Shown one piece after another: positions 39,201 to 58,993 of a DNA stretch of 64,000 nucleotides (within the stretch, counting starts at the first letter, position 1; the number at the start of each line of letters is the position of its first letter). Origin of the DNA: Ramazzottius varieornatus (lineage: Eukaryota > Animalia > Tardigrada). The notes under the pieces are model-generated. The model saw only the letters and a program-made list of their open reading frames with translations. It was not told where the DNA came from and did no database searches. The position numbers and the translations under genes are program-made. The stretch covers positions 168,827 to 232,826 of the forward strand of contig BDGG01000006.1 of the NCBI GenBank assembly GCA_001949185.1, given 5' to 3'.

Positions 39201-42200
39201 TGCCAAGTAGGCAAAGTCCCCCACGAAGAAGGCTTCGTTGTTGGCTCCCATCTGCCAAAAGGCAATTTATACATCGTCAACCTACATACACTCGACTATG
39301 CCACAACCGCTTTACGCCAGTATGCAGGTGGGTCACATCCAACCAACCAAGGACAGGCAGCGACAATACACTTATAATCATGCCCATGTCAGCTAGAAAG
39401 CAGCTATCGACGTATATACTCACCACACAAGGACCTGTCGGTAGGGCTGCAGCGACGAGGCTCGGTGCTTGGTCTGGTGATGGCCTGGTCAGTGGTCGGC
39501 ACTTGGCCTCTTTGCGTTCCATATCGATGGAGGACTGGAACTGTCGGACGGTGAACTGCAGGGCCGGCGTAAAGAGCTTCTCACCCGAGGGGCCACACAG
39601 TTCGTCACGCTTCTCGATAAAGCGGACATGGAGGTTGACGGCATCTTCATAGGTTGTACTGTCAGGTTGCGCCGTGAAACGCGCCTTCTCCAACAGCTCA
39701 AAGAAGTCGTCCTGAAAGCGATCCATCCGTCGATAGCGACCGCCATCGACGTTGGCCTTGATCGTCTCCAAGGTCAGACTTCTAAAGACACAACCCAGCC
39801 AGTACGTTTATGTCTTAACAACGACAGTCAAAAGAGCGCTTGTCTTACGGAGGGGAACTTTTCATGTCCTCTCGACTAGCTTCGCTGTCAGTGTCGCTTT
39901 CGCTAAAGGAGCAGTCAGCAATGGTCTCGCTGAGGTTTCTGCCCTGCTTCTCCAAAGTCAGCATACTGTCCATCAGTGCATGCAGCATCTCCTGCACCTT
40001 CTGCTGTACATCGGGCACCAGCGAAGCGAAAGCTCCCAGCTCCTGCGCCTTCTCCATCATGACGTGCAGCAAGACCAGCGCGTCCTACACAAGCATGTTC
40101 TCTCACAGCTTCCTTCTGTATCGGCCAAGACCATGCATGACAGCCCGTCAAAGGGTCAAACCAAGGCTGCAGAATTTAGTCTCTTACCTTGTAAATGTCC
40201 GATGTTGGTTCATTGAAGGCGGCTGCATTCTCAAACATCTGGCCAAAATCATCGATGGCTTCTTCAAAGTTGGCATACTGCTCATTCTGGATGCGCTGGT
40301 GAATCTTGTCCAGGTCCATCGGCTTCTTGATCACTTCGTAATAGCTGGGCATTTCCTACAGGAAAAAGATATGATCAGCTGTAACCCTATCAGCATTGTT
40401 ATATTTATACAGCACTTACGCTTTTAGCCGGCAGTGTTTGGAAGAAGGTGGCCAAATAGCGATCGCCGCTGGTATAGTTGACAACGTACTCGTACAGTTC
40501 CATCAGCGCAGCCTGTAAAGGTGTTGCCGGTGGTCGGAAGGACTGCACCCGGCGGGTGGTGGACGTGCTGCGACGGATAGGACTGTGTGCCGGACTGATG
40601 TCGGCTTCCAACGGGCAGAAGAGGTTCATGGTCTTTTGCGCCATCTTGACCAGCTCTTCAAAGAGGAGAGCGTCGCGGTGAATGTCACTGTCCTCCCGAT
40701 TGTACAATTTGGCGTTGCTGCACATCAGCTTGATATCTTCCATCAAGGCCTCTTCGTTGGCATACTGTCACATAAGAAATAAGGACAATATCAGAAAGCG
40801 TTCTCAGATTTGGCAGCTCGGCAAATGAACTGCACAGAGCTGCTTTTTTCTTCAAGTGGCGCATCTCGACAGTAACACTAGCTGGAAGAGTGCGGCACTT
40901 GCGCACCAGTTCCAGTTTGCATGTTTTCTCAAGTAGCGGACGTTTGCACTGTGATGGCCCAAAGTATGCGCTACTTGGACAAAGGATCTTCACGTCGGTC
41001 CGCCCAAATGCCATACTGTCAACCTGTTTTGTTGTCATGTTGTGTAAAGGCGGAGTACAACCTACCTTGTCGCCGATGACCTTGTTGACGATGATCTTGA
41101 GGTCGATGGGGTTAGGGATGATGCTGTAGTAGTCCTTGTATTCTTTCTTGGAAGGCTTCTCCAAAAACATCTCGGCCGGGTAGCCTTCGGTCTTCTTGCA
41201 CTCCAGGATGGAGCGGACAATGTACTTGGCACGACGGCGAGCGGCGTAATCGTCGTACTCTGGCAGCAGTCGCTCGCTGAGGCTGGTTCGGAGAGGCGAG
41301 CTGACCTTGTCCAGAGCCTGAAAACCAAGAAAAGGCAACTGGAAATACAACACATCACATCCGCATTTTGTATTTGAAGGAATGTCCAACCTCGATGTAT
41401 TCCGCATGTTTGCCTTCCACGAACTTTTCAATGCGGACAGAATCGCGGTAGATGCCCGAAGTACCCTCGTTAAATTTCTGTGCATTCTGGCACATTAAGC
41501 GCAGGTCCAAAATCATCTCATCCAATGCCAAATACAGACCATTCTACAGAAAGAGATGGCATATTTTACATGATACTTTGGGGCCAACTGGCAATTCTTG
41601 ACACGATGCCTATAAAAAGAAAGCTCCCTTCCTACCTTGATTTTGGTGCGAATGTTGGTAATGGAGACAGGATTGCGAATAATGTCGTAATAGTCTTTGT
41701 ATTTCCTGCAAAGAACATCAAGGCACCATTACGAGTCGTCATATTGAGGGCGAGTTGGGTCGCTTACCGCTTGCTGGGTAGTTTCATAAAGGGCCCCGAC
41801 ATGATTCGGCCACCAGGACCTTTCAGCTTGACGACGCCATCCAGCAGCTGGTACATGGCCGTCGTCTTCTCGTCATCCTTGTCATGCTTGCCGCTGACAC
41901 TGGGCGCTGTGTCGTGACTCTCTTCGTCCGAGTCAGCCTCCATTGCCACCTCTTCTTCCCCCACAGCCGAGCCAGAGACGTTGGCCGGGCCGCTTTCTTC
42001 ATCACCGTACTCCAACGCAGCGTAGACGGCGGATAATGGCTGCGTTGTCTGCGCCACCGACCGACGAGTCCTAAGCACCAACTTTGTCAATGTTTGGAGC
42101 CAACGTAACGATATGGAGGCGACCATTTTCGCGTATTACCAACACCCCGACAAAACGGAAAGCCACAACACACAATGGCCAGTCCAAGCGGAAGAGCTCT

Positions 42201-43113
42201 TTGACACTCACCCTTCATCGCTACAGTGAGAAATGTCCCCCCAAAGAGATGAATACACGTGTCAGGAAGAAATGGACAGGAGAAACAGGTGGAAGGAATA
42301 CTCCGACAAACCTTGTACATTGAGAGGGATGGATGGAAAAAGGCGGCTTACCTGACAGTACGTTCTGCAGTACGATGTAATTCCCGTTGTTCGTATTCAT
42401 TGCGTTTCGTCAAGACAAACTTCTTCATCAGTGCCGCGTCCTGCATTCAGCCAACATTCTATACACCCCTTATAGTCATAGTCTCAGAGCGAGAGTGGCT
42501 AAAGATACCTTGTGCAGTTGAGAGGATGAGACGTTGTAGTCTAGAGCGTTGTCGGTCATCAGCAGCAGATCGCTGACCAAGGCGTCCAGATTGTTGTAGC
42601 CACCTCTCTGGATCCTCATGGCGATCTGCTTCAGGTCGATGGGGTTCTTGACAGTCGAGTAGTAATCTTCGTTGTTCTTGCGAGGTGGCAGCAAACCAAA
42701 CTCTGCCGACAGCTGTCTGCCTTTCTCGTCTGAATGCTGAATGACAGCCGTGAACAGCTCTTCCACAAGATCCATCGAATTGGGCGATGGCGGCTACAAA
42801 AGACCAATTTCCGATCAACTCGCGCACGACTGAAACTTTAAGACAAACGTCAGTAGCCGACATTATTACGACATGCGCAAGTTGATAAAAAAGCGGTTTA
42901 TCCCCGAAATGGCGAGCTTGCTTCAGGTGGTACCTGCGAGTCTTTGGATGTTCCAGGAACCGATCCCGATGTATCCAAGCTTCCATCCTCTTTCTTCAGT
43001 CGCTTGGCTTGTCCTTGGTTGGAAGATGCACTGGAGGCGAATGATGCGTTGGTGTCGACACTGGCCCGATCAGCCGTTGATCCGCGACGCGGCCGCTTAC
43101 CTGGCCGATTCAT
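36219..43113 (-). CDS. PBRM1: Polybromo-1 (BAF180): five bromodomains, two BAH domains, HMG box
   Basis: Bromodomains at ~42400-42775, 41390-41860, 40630-41240, 39990-40520 and 39590-40030. BAH motifs FFVGDFAYL...RPQETAHEASRRF and IKLGDCFAV...KLFYHNEVF. HMG box SGFILYGAENRKSVKDQFPNLSF...MWKNLPASERKRWE. Confidence 0.93.
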
Positions 43114-43450
43114 CCTGCCTGACCGTCCACCTGCACAACAACGGAAAACTGTCTGCAACTCTAGACTCCTTACTCGTTTCGGTGACTTCTTCAGCAAACC
43201 ATCCGATTAGCTGAGGAGCTGGAAAGAGATCTTGAAGTGAAATTTCGCTTTGGCAAAATTACATGCACAATTGCACATGCCGTTCCAAAATTGATTTTTA
43301 ATAATACTGCTTGCCAATCAAACCTGCTGGTCAATCAAGCATGCTGCACAAGCGTCTGGTTAGGCAGTTCCAGACTTCCACAGTCTGTCACAGTTCCACA
43401 AGTTCCACCGTAAAGCTAGTACGACATAACAGAACAAATGGCAGCGTCCA

Positions 43451-44065
43451 TTACCAGCGGTCAACTTGAATTCCCCCGAGAAAACTGCTGCTGCTGTCGC
43501 TAATGTTTTCTGTACCGTTCTGCAGTCTCATGGAGTTGCTGCTGCTTAAGCTTTTCGCGGAAGAGATGTCTGCTTCTTTCTGGTGCCTCTCTGCATCCCT
43601 GTTCTGTGTTATCATTATCGCGTCGTCGAAGAACCGTACGAGGGACCATAACTGCTTTCTTATGCTGGCTCGTTGGGTTGCAGAGTTACTCCCGGCATTG
43701 CAGAAAGATGTGCGCAGGTCGCGGATCCTTGTCCGCCCGGAGCACCTCTGGTCAACTGCATTGCTAACCCCTGCAATGTACGGAGCTACAGTATATCTCA
43801 AAGCCTACTGCCGGACCAACAGCTACGGTGGATGTAGCGCCAAGTTCTTCTTGAATAGCAAGGACATCATAAGCCAATGCGGAAGTACGACCAGCGGCGG
43901 CTAGCTTGGCATCCCTTCTGCCATACCTTGCACTCTACGGATGGCATATCTTTCTCGGTGAGAGGTCTGTGAATCGTATCTTCTCGTCTTCACTTGCACC
44001 ATGGATTTGGTGTAGAGCAGGACCGTAAGCCTGGTAATAGCCATAAGTTGCCATAGGTGCCACAT
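43451..44065 (-). CDS. Possible two-exon orphan protein
   Basis: An ATG ORF at 44065-43927 ends at a GT donor and can splice in frame into ORF 43451-43801. No recognisable motif. Confidence 0.25.
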
Positions 44066-44231
44066 ATACTGTAGTTATTGTCCGGTTGAGTCTCTCGTGT
44101 CACCATTGCCTTGAGCTACAGAAAACTGATGTAGTTTGCTGAAAAATACCAAAACGGCTACTCTTACGATAAATAGTGGATTTGAGTGGAGGAGTTTGTA
44201 GACCCAAGTCCCATAGGAGGACCAAGACGCA

Positions 44232-45993
44232 ATGGGCAAAGAAAAAGGGAAAAAAGGAAAACATGGTAAAAGTCCCGCAGCAACCTCTAAGGAAGAACTA
44301 CCGCCTCCTTCGCCACCGGTATTAACACTTTCTTGTCGAGAGGGATTCGTGCTGCCATCCGACGACCCCTATAAACGTTTCCTACTTAGTTGTGTTATGT
44401 CATGGTAGATGAGTGAGCAGAAGGATGAAACCCACCCACCGGAAGTGGTGGCGCCACTGAGCGAGGAGGAAATTCTAATGCGCCAGATTGAGGCCAAGCA
44501 GATTGCTCGACCCAAACGAGTCAAAAACCGCCAACTGGCCTCCCTCTTACCATATTATAGGCCGAAGCCTCGCGAACCCTTGTTAGTTGTCTGGAGTGAT
44601 TTGGACTACACCACCGTGTTGCAGCTGAGCGATGCAAAAAACAGCCAAGAGATTCGCAAGTGAGGCCCAGCCATTTTCTCGTCAGCGCCCATTTCTAATT
44701 GCTTTTCCATCGTAGAATCGTGGCCGAAAGAATGGCTTTAGATGACTCCCCTAGTAATCCCAAGCAGCAAATTGTCCTGGATCTGTACTGCCAGGTTATT
44801 GACCAAGCCAAACAGCTCAAGCTCAGTTTTGAACAGACATCGGCCATGTTTAGCATTATCAAATGCATCCACGAAAAAACTATAGGTACGAGTACCGATC
44901 TCCAATCTTCTCCATACTTCCATTTGCATCTTGAGAGATTGAGTGGTACTGATAGAAACGCCTGTGGATAACATGAAGGACTGCCTGGAATACATGGACG
45001 CACTCTTTTGTTGTCATATTGTCAAGGTGAGCGTCTGTCCCGATGGACATGGATTCTGGCGTTGTATCCTAGCCTTGTACAAGCAAATTCACTGCAAATA
45101 TTTCGGTGAACCGTAGAATTTCCTAGGTAGCGTCCGCCGTGGTCTGCTCGAATCTTTGACGTCCATCAAGCCAAGAACATTCGCGAATACATCATCAAGA
45201 CCTACTTCCGGCACTTTGAGATGTACAAGTACGCCTTCACTCCAACTGTACGTCTTCTCTTTAAATCCTCTAACTGCCACCCCCGAATAACAGTCGAAGG
45301 AATCTGTTTCGACCACAGATCTACATGGACCTAAAAATTGAGTACGAGACGACCGCAATTGGGGTTCCTGCCGAACCAACAAAAGGTAGTTTGTAAGAAG
45401 ATCCGACATTTTGTAGTTACGGTACTGTAGGGTCATCAGCCTGTTTTGAATAGACGTCAAGCTCCATGATGGCGTGCGAAACCGAGAACTGACACTAGAG
45501 GAGCTTCTACATGAAATCAATCTGGAGGACGAGGAGAAGAGTGTGCCTGGAGCTCCAGCTCACAATGGCGGTACAACTTCCAATTCCGGTGGACAACAGC
45601 CTTCCACAACGAACCATCAACCGTTGGGAGGTACAGTGGACTCAAAGATCCCCGACAGTCATTCGGCAACCGACCCATCCACTCATGCTGGTACGTCTGC
45701 TCATCCAGCCAGGCAGATAGAAAAGTTTAATAACGAATTTTCCAACATTTGCAGGAGAAGCGGCTAATCGCCAGCTGGCCGAACTGGAAGGTTTGATTGC
45801 CAAGCAAATGGACGCTCAGCTGAAAATACTCAGAGACCGTATTACCAGCAAGTTTCAACAGCTGGATCAACTACTGGTCACCTCCACCAACGCTAGCTTA
45901 CCCATCGATCAGTTCTCGCTGGATCCTGCCAAGTCCGCTAACCACAATGCCGGAAAACACGCCAAGAAAACCCCGCCTCCCAAAAAGAAGTGA
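44232..45993 (+). CDS. CFAP119: Cilia- and flagella-associated protein 119 (CCDC189, CLAMP/C1a-32 domain)
   Basis: IVLDLYCQ...LSFEQTSAMFSIIKCIHEKTI|ETPVDNMKDCLEYMDALFCCHIVK|RPPWSARIF...IIKTYFRHFEMYKYAFTP matches CCDC189. Confidence 0.85.
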
Positions 45994-46381
45994 TTGAATG
46001 CGGCTCGCACAGCCACTTCACTTTCCGAAGGGAAGCAGTGCAAAACTTAACCTGATCCCATCCCATCAAATATTGTTGTAGGGAGCCACGCCCAGTTTGG
46101 TTTTTTCAATACATTCAGTAGCTTCCGGCGCCATGTATCAATACTTCTAGTTACGCAGAATGCACATCCATATTGCTGGAATTCAGAAACTCAACAACAT
46201 GTTGAACAGACTACAGATCACATTCAACGAGTACAATGTTAATCCAATCAGCTTAGCTTAATTTGGTATGGGCTTTCTTCTGCTGGGCGAGCATCACAGG
46301 TAGAACACACTGTAGGAGTTGCGGACAAGAAGAAAAACATCTCATCCCTGCGAAGAGTGTCGCTACTGCTAAGGCCTCATT

Positions 46382-48638
46382 CTAATGAGCGTGGAGTTTG
46401 TCGGGCTGAGTGGCGCGAATCGTCGTCGTCGTCTCTTGAGGAAGGTTGGTCTGGGACTGGGACTGGCGCGCGGCCACTCTGGCCGTAGCATCCACCTCGT
46501 CCTGTAGCCTTCTTCGGCGCGTTGTGTGACGATAGATTTTTCCGGCAACAAGAAAAACAGTGGCTACAATGTGGCCAATGAAGTAGATGCTGCCCCAGTA
46601 GCGCATCGTTCTAGCGTATGTCAAGCACATAAAGCCCATGGACATGTACTCAAAGGCCCGCATACGCATGAACCAGTTGACGGCCTTTCCCCATCGAGGC
46701 GCATTCTCCGGCACCCAGTCTTCTGCTGCCAGCATCAACGGCACCGTCAGCAAACTAATGTAGTAGCCTATAACAAACGAGAAAATTAATCATTTACCAG
46801 TACTCATTGCTTTGCATCAACACCGTCATTATCCGTACATAAAAGCCAAAAGACCGCCGTGACGTCGTCGTGGATCTGAACAAGTACCACAAAGGTCTGG
46901 ACGAAGTGTTTTATGTTTTAGACGTTAAGAAAGGTAAGTCCACGTAACGCTTATTTGTTATTTTGTATCGCTTCTTCCTCATTTTTTTTAGTAGCGATTA
47001 TTTTGTTCAAATAAAGATGCGCACAGTACCACTTACTCGCCAAGATCGTCTTGGGCAAGTGGCGCACCCTTTCAGCCAATCACACTGAAAACGTGCGCCA
47101 CTTGGGAAAACGATTTCATGGGCCGCTTTTGTTATGCCTGTCTTGTGAGGTCCACGTACCTCCATGTAGACCGTGCCAGTAAGCGCTGACAAACATGACG
47201 ACAGCGGTGCGGATGGACTTGAGGGGGACGCGGCGGTAGACATGCCAGGCGAGCCAGTACTGGACCGTCATGTTCCAAGCCTTCATGGCTCCACGCACCG
47301 TCGGCACAAACTCCACTTCGTACTCGTCGATATCTACAACCACCATCGTTCGTTTCCACGTCACAAAACCGTCAAGACAGAACTTGGCACTTACTGTAGA
47401 TGGTCTCATAGCTAAACTCTGTACTTTGGTCCACCGTCTCCGCAAGTCTATAACACAAGGCACCAATCAGACGCCTTCTTCCCCACACTTCAAGTTCATT
47501 ATGCCTTACTTTTCCGGCTCTGTTGGTCCATATCCTGGTTTAGGTTTACTGACAGCTGGATACAAGCCCAGTCCGGCCATGATGCAGGCCGATTCGGACA
47601 TGAGCCAGGCAATGTAAAACTTCATGCGGAAAAAGACAAACAAGGCCACCATGTAAAAGTAGCGGTACACGAAGGACGTCTCTTCGTAGAAACTGTCATC
47701 CCACAACATCTGCAACAGTACCTCATTGCGGACGGTCAGCGTTAGAGAAAGTTGATGGGAGTTATCGAACGAAATACCGATTGGCGGAAAATGGACGACA
47801 TAGTCAGGAAGCAAACGAGGTAGACAGGCAGCATCGCTAATCGCTGCTGGGCCATTTTAATACGCGGCATGATGGGCAACGTGCTGGAGTGGATCATGTC
47901 ATCGTATGTTTTGAACTTGAAATATGGACCTGCGAAAAAAAGCATCGCGTTTCAATGAAAGGAATTATTGTTTCCATCTGCTTTTTCTTTACCGGTCATC
48001 AAGCCGATGTAGCATAAGCAATAATGGACAATGTCCATAAACGACGGGGAGACATCCATGTAGGTGTTCATGCAGGAAAAGGCGGCGCTGTTACTAGCGA
48101 AAGGTGCCAAACCGCGGCTTCGTAGTTGCGTGTCGTGAACCTCAAAGGCAACTCCGATCGTCTGCAACACCCAACACGTTCCATCGGATAAAACGCCAGC
48201 TTGGCACAGACCATTTGGCCAGCTCACCTTCAAGGTCAGAATCAACTGGACGGCATTGCAAAACTCGTTGGTATCCTCCAGTCCGAAGTATGTTACACTG
48301 CGGAAGAAGGCCAGGTAGCCGAAGGTAAACATCATGCTCCATATATGACAATCCCTGAATAAAGAGCAATCTAAACGATTTGCATCACTCCATGCGCTTT
48401 TCACCCTGTTCCCGACGCAACACTTCACGTCGTACCGAAGGGTGAGAATCATAACGGCGTTAACACCGATGGTGATGAGAGTATGGATGGTTTGAGCGCC
48501 GCAGAAGAAGAGAAGGAGAAGCAGGCCGGCGGCCGAGCACATCCACTGGCGAGGCAGGCCGAGGGGTAAACGCGCCACTACCCATCCCAAAGCCACCGAG
48601 GCTATCAACGTAGCAAAATACTGATATTCTTCCTTCAT
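46382..48638 (-). CDS. MBOAT7: Lysophosphatidylinositol acyltransferase (MBOAT family)
   Basis: Multi-TM protein with NAVQLILTLK, YIGLMTGPYF, FRMKFYIAW, WNMTVQYWLA and the catalytic SAYWHGLHGG motif. Confidence 0.92.
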
Positions 48639-49801
48639 GGTCTCTTTCGGCCAATAGTTGCCAGCCGCCTGCAACGACCGATGGAAACATGAAGTGACCA
48701 GCATGACAACTAACAACTGAAGTGGCGCATGACGTCACCAAAGAGCTTCTACTTACAATACACTAGGTACTTCTCATGCGCAACAAACGCGGGGATGGAT
48801 GGGCAGCGATCTCTGAATCCTCAATCATTCAGTGCCTTCTTTATCGCGGATTCACCTACACATGAGAAGAAGATCTCGTTAGCTTTTCCCCCCATCAATC
48901 TTGAGGACCGCCGACGGCTCGCAGCGCGAGTAGTCCTGCTGACAGTAAAACAAACGCTTTTGCCTTTCCACTGTTCTGCAGATTGCACTGAACAAGATAA
49001 GGGCGTCCAGTACTTACACGACTGTTCCCATCCCCAGCAGTCAGACGTCGAGCCGAGAACAACAACGATCATGCGAGTGGTGAAAACAACAGAGCTCTAA
49101 GCGAGAAACGTGCAAATCTAATATACAGACTAATTTCCTGTTACGTAACGACAAACGAGCAGCGGTTCACGGGCCTGCTCACCATGGTTTCGTGGTCACC
49201 AGATTATCCCCGGGGGCTGGCAACTGTAACCGAGGGTGCCCAGCTCCGTTCCCCATTTCCGTCACATTTCAAACTCCGTCCTATATGGGTTGCCAAATCA
49301 GTTAGATTCTCACCCGCAGTCGAGTCGTACGGTCACGGTATTTCTGTTCTAAACACTCTGGATGAGTGGAGAGTAAATCCCTTTCATCCTGGACTGCTTG
49401 CCTGCTGGATATCCCGTATGCCTGCCATCGAAAACAGCAGCTGGATGCACTTGTGAAGCAAGACGCAGGCGATTGCCGTGACTGCTGGGTTGCGCACTCT
49501 TTCTCTCTCCTTGATGGACTGTCCGTGTCAACATTGGACTGCTTCGAGAGGATCATTACGCTATACCTTTCATCAAGTATCCTGCTGCTCTCTTCGCTAG
49601 CTCTTCTCACAGCTGGATTGGACAGGAAACATCAACTAGACCTTCGTCGTGCATTCAATGTCAACCATGATGAAGTTGGAAAGATGTGGCCACTCTGTTG
49701 GATTTGACGGTAAACTGTAAAGATCTTCGAGACTCCTTTTGCCAGTTACTCTTCATCCGGATCACGAGCAGGACCATTGCCATCGTTATTCGCGATCAAC
49801 C

Positions 49802-52568
<2,767 letters not shown>

Positions 52569-52603
52569 ACAGTACGATAACCACTCCCACTAACAAACAC
52601 GAT

Positions 52604-52627
52604 CACACACACACACACACACACACA
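52604..52627. repeat. (CA)12 microsatellite in the JNK 3' UTR
   Basis: Directly visible. Confidence 0.95.
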
Positions 52628-53841
52628 GCTCAAACGTGCTATTTCCATTATTTCCTCTACATAAGCTTTGGGTGACTGATTTTCTTTTTCTGACCTGCAG
52701 CCCGGTCGGCTGTTGTTTCTCCTCTCAGCAATGTCTTGTGGAGTCTCTGAACTTTTCAGGGATTGACTGTATTGGGTCAGAGGGCTCTTTTGGCTTTTTT
52801 TTAATCTCGTAGTCTAAACAGATCTTTTAATACCGCAGTCATATCTAGGTCAGGTTAGATTGTTGTCGTTTTATTGCTTCTCTGTCTTCGATATACCAAC
52901 AGGGTTATGGGCTCTTCATCCATTTCAGTATTGTCCTGGTCTATCCTCACTTTAGTGCATTCTCTTCTTCTATGTAGCTCTATTAAAGTCCAAAAACATT
53001 GAGCGATTTCGGCAGTTTTTATGCAGTTAGAATCCCCAGATGGTTCTAATGACGACACTGTCGGCTATAGCAAGTGCTGGTGGCTCGTTGAAGAGCTCCC
53101 CATACTGGACAGGTATGGAAGAATGACGTGTGATCATGGCCCATATCTCAATGAGGCCGACTCCCTGGGGAAAGAAAAAGTGGCAGTGTTAAATGTCTGT
53201 GTGTTGTAGGTGGGGTGTAATCAGGCTCTTGCCCGACGTCAGCGGAGGAATGGGCCCTACAATGTTCAGTGCGGAAAGGCTAATGGTGGTGACGTGCAGA
53301 GGATATGGCCTGGGGATAAGGTGCATAGGTAAGGAGCTGGGCCATCGATCGACAGCAATGCTCAGCTATAGCAGCTCCCCGTCAGACTCTACTTTTGCCT
53401 AACCTGGTGCACGACGCTACCGACTCATTTCCGCCTCGCCAGTCAGGTCCGCTCTTCCCCTCCACTTGCTGCAGCCTTCATTTGTTTCTTCCCCAGTGCA
53501 TGCTAGTCCTTGCCAGCCATGCTCTGTTAACGATCCGTCGCAGGCTGCTTGCTCAAGACCTATGTTCCCTCTTCTCAGCACGACATTTGGCATCCTTCGT
53601 GGCGCTACCAACCTTCTTTTCTGATAGCGTCCTTCGGGTATCTGTCCGTTCTTTTAATGAGCAACAGCTGTTGAGACTGGAGGTCCATCGATGTCCTGTT
53701 AGGCGGAGTAGGGTAGTCGTACTGTTGGGCTCATGTGTCCCGCTGCGAGTTGGAGCGCCTTTCCCTCTGACCATTTGTTGGTGTGTATAGTTTGCCGCAC
53801 ACTGTCCCTTTCGGCCATCTGATTGGAAGTTGGTGGGCTTG

Positions 53842-57272
<3,431 letters not shown>

Positions 57273-57754
57273 CTTGGTTCCTTGACACGCACCTCCCCAC
57301 CTTCCCCGTAAGTTCCTTTACAGTCTTTCAGTCCTCTTCCGGTCCCAGGCTGCTAGACCCTTTCCGCCCCTCACACACTGCTTGTCTCTTTCGCACCCTT
57401 CCCGCGAAAACCCTCATAGTTTGCACACTAATTATGACCATCAAGTATTCCTTCAAACAGTATCTGATAAATCTTTCGTAACTGGTAAGAAACAAGAAAT
57501 GGTAGACAACAATGTCCAGTCTAAAAAGAAAGTAAAACAAGAAGAGCAGTCAGCAAAGTCTGCTTCCGCTATCAGCGGCGCAGGTACTGTACGCGCTGAT
57601 GAAGCAGCAAGAAGAAAGGATGGCTTTGTGACTACAAACCAGTCAAGGTGCTAAAACAAAAGGAGCAAGGGCAGCAGGCAACGACAATGTACAAAACCAG
57701 AGAAAGAGGGACAGTTCTTGTGGAGATTTGGTCCGAGGGGGCTGACTTGAGCTC

Positions 57755-58993
57755 TCACTTGTAGCGTGTCCATTTGGCCTTTTGAGCTAAGATATCAGCA
57801 CGGAGGTTCTGGCTAAAGCAGATACCCAGTATCTGGACGACAGCAACGCCGACCGCCACTGCTGCCACGATAACCAGATTCTGGTCTAGCCACATTTGGG
57901 CGGCATCGACACAACCCTTGTTGTAAATCTTGTCTGAAAAGTCGTCTTTGCGCCGTACACCGTAACCACACTGCAGGTTAGCATAGGTACCCTCCTGCAA
58001 AGGACCATAAGCGACCCTGTTACAGGCTGTTCTTCAATGGAATGGCAGCGCCATCTAACCTCTGGTTTACAGCAGCTGAAAGGTACTCCGCAGGCTTCGG
58101 GACTGCTGGTCGACGAGCAGTTAAAGTACATGTTGTTGTTCCAGTCTCCGGCCGAAGTGATACCACAACACTGCAACTATAAAGAGACCCCCCCATTTGG
58201 AGTTAGTCAATCTTCCCTTCTACCCTCACCATCATGCAACTAGCTGTCCGACCCGACCCACCCATTTGGACTGGATCCAGTCCACCAAGTCTTGCGCGTC
58301 CTCGTCCTCACGGTAGTCTCTGATAAGGACTTGCAGCTGCTCTTTGGCTTGCGTCTTCAACTATACAAAGCACAACAGCAGTTAAGCACATCTGCCCCAT
58401 GCCCAGCAATGAATAATTCATTCTCTTACCCATTCTCGACAGACAAAGCCTAAAACACCGAGGGTGAGTTCGCCCAGTAGAATCAGTCCCAACAGGAAGG
58501 CGTACTGCAAAATGAGACAAGATGACCTCATCCATTTCCCCTCAAGTTTCCCCGTTTCACTTTTGTCACATAATGCGCAGCCTCCACTTACAGTGGCCAA
58601 GAGGAATGTATTTTCCCGTAATGCCCCAACACATCCGGTAAAGCCAATAATGAAAGTCACCAGGCCGGTGATGATGAGAAGGAAAGCTGGATCGACGGCC
58701 ACCGAAGTCAGACGCTTCAAATTGTTGACCGTATCCTTCTCCGTCCAAGCCCAAATACCCACGGCGAAGATTAACATGCCTACAATCTGTTAGTAACCAC
58801 ACAGTGAGCTCAGCAACTATTAAATGCGCGGAAGATGGCCAAGTACCCAGAAGAGGACGTTCTGACTGAAGACGACCCATTTAACGCAGCAGCTAACTTC
58901 CGTCCGATCTCGACGTTTCCGTCTTCGTCGTTCCCGCATTCTTCTGACGGCGTTGGGACGTTCGGTAGGCGGGTTCTCCCGCGGTGTGGCCAT
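57755..58993 (-). CDS. TspanC8 tetraspanin (TSPAN5/17, Tsp26A-like)
   Basis: [31 protein letters not shown]...[18 protein letters not shown], and C-terminal ILAQKAKW. Confidence 0.92.

Noticed and set aside
25443-43214. Numerous plus-strand ORFs over MADD and PBRM1
   Set aside because: Antisense shadows of codon-biased exons
58900-58993. Polybasic tetraspanin N-terminus
   Set aside because: A basic stretch before EVSCC is ordinary in invertebrate TspanC8 proteins
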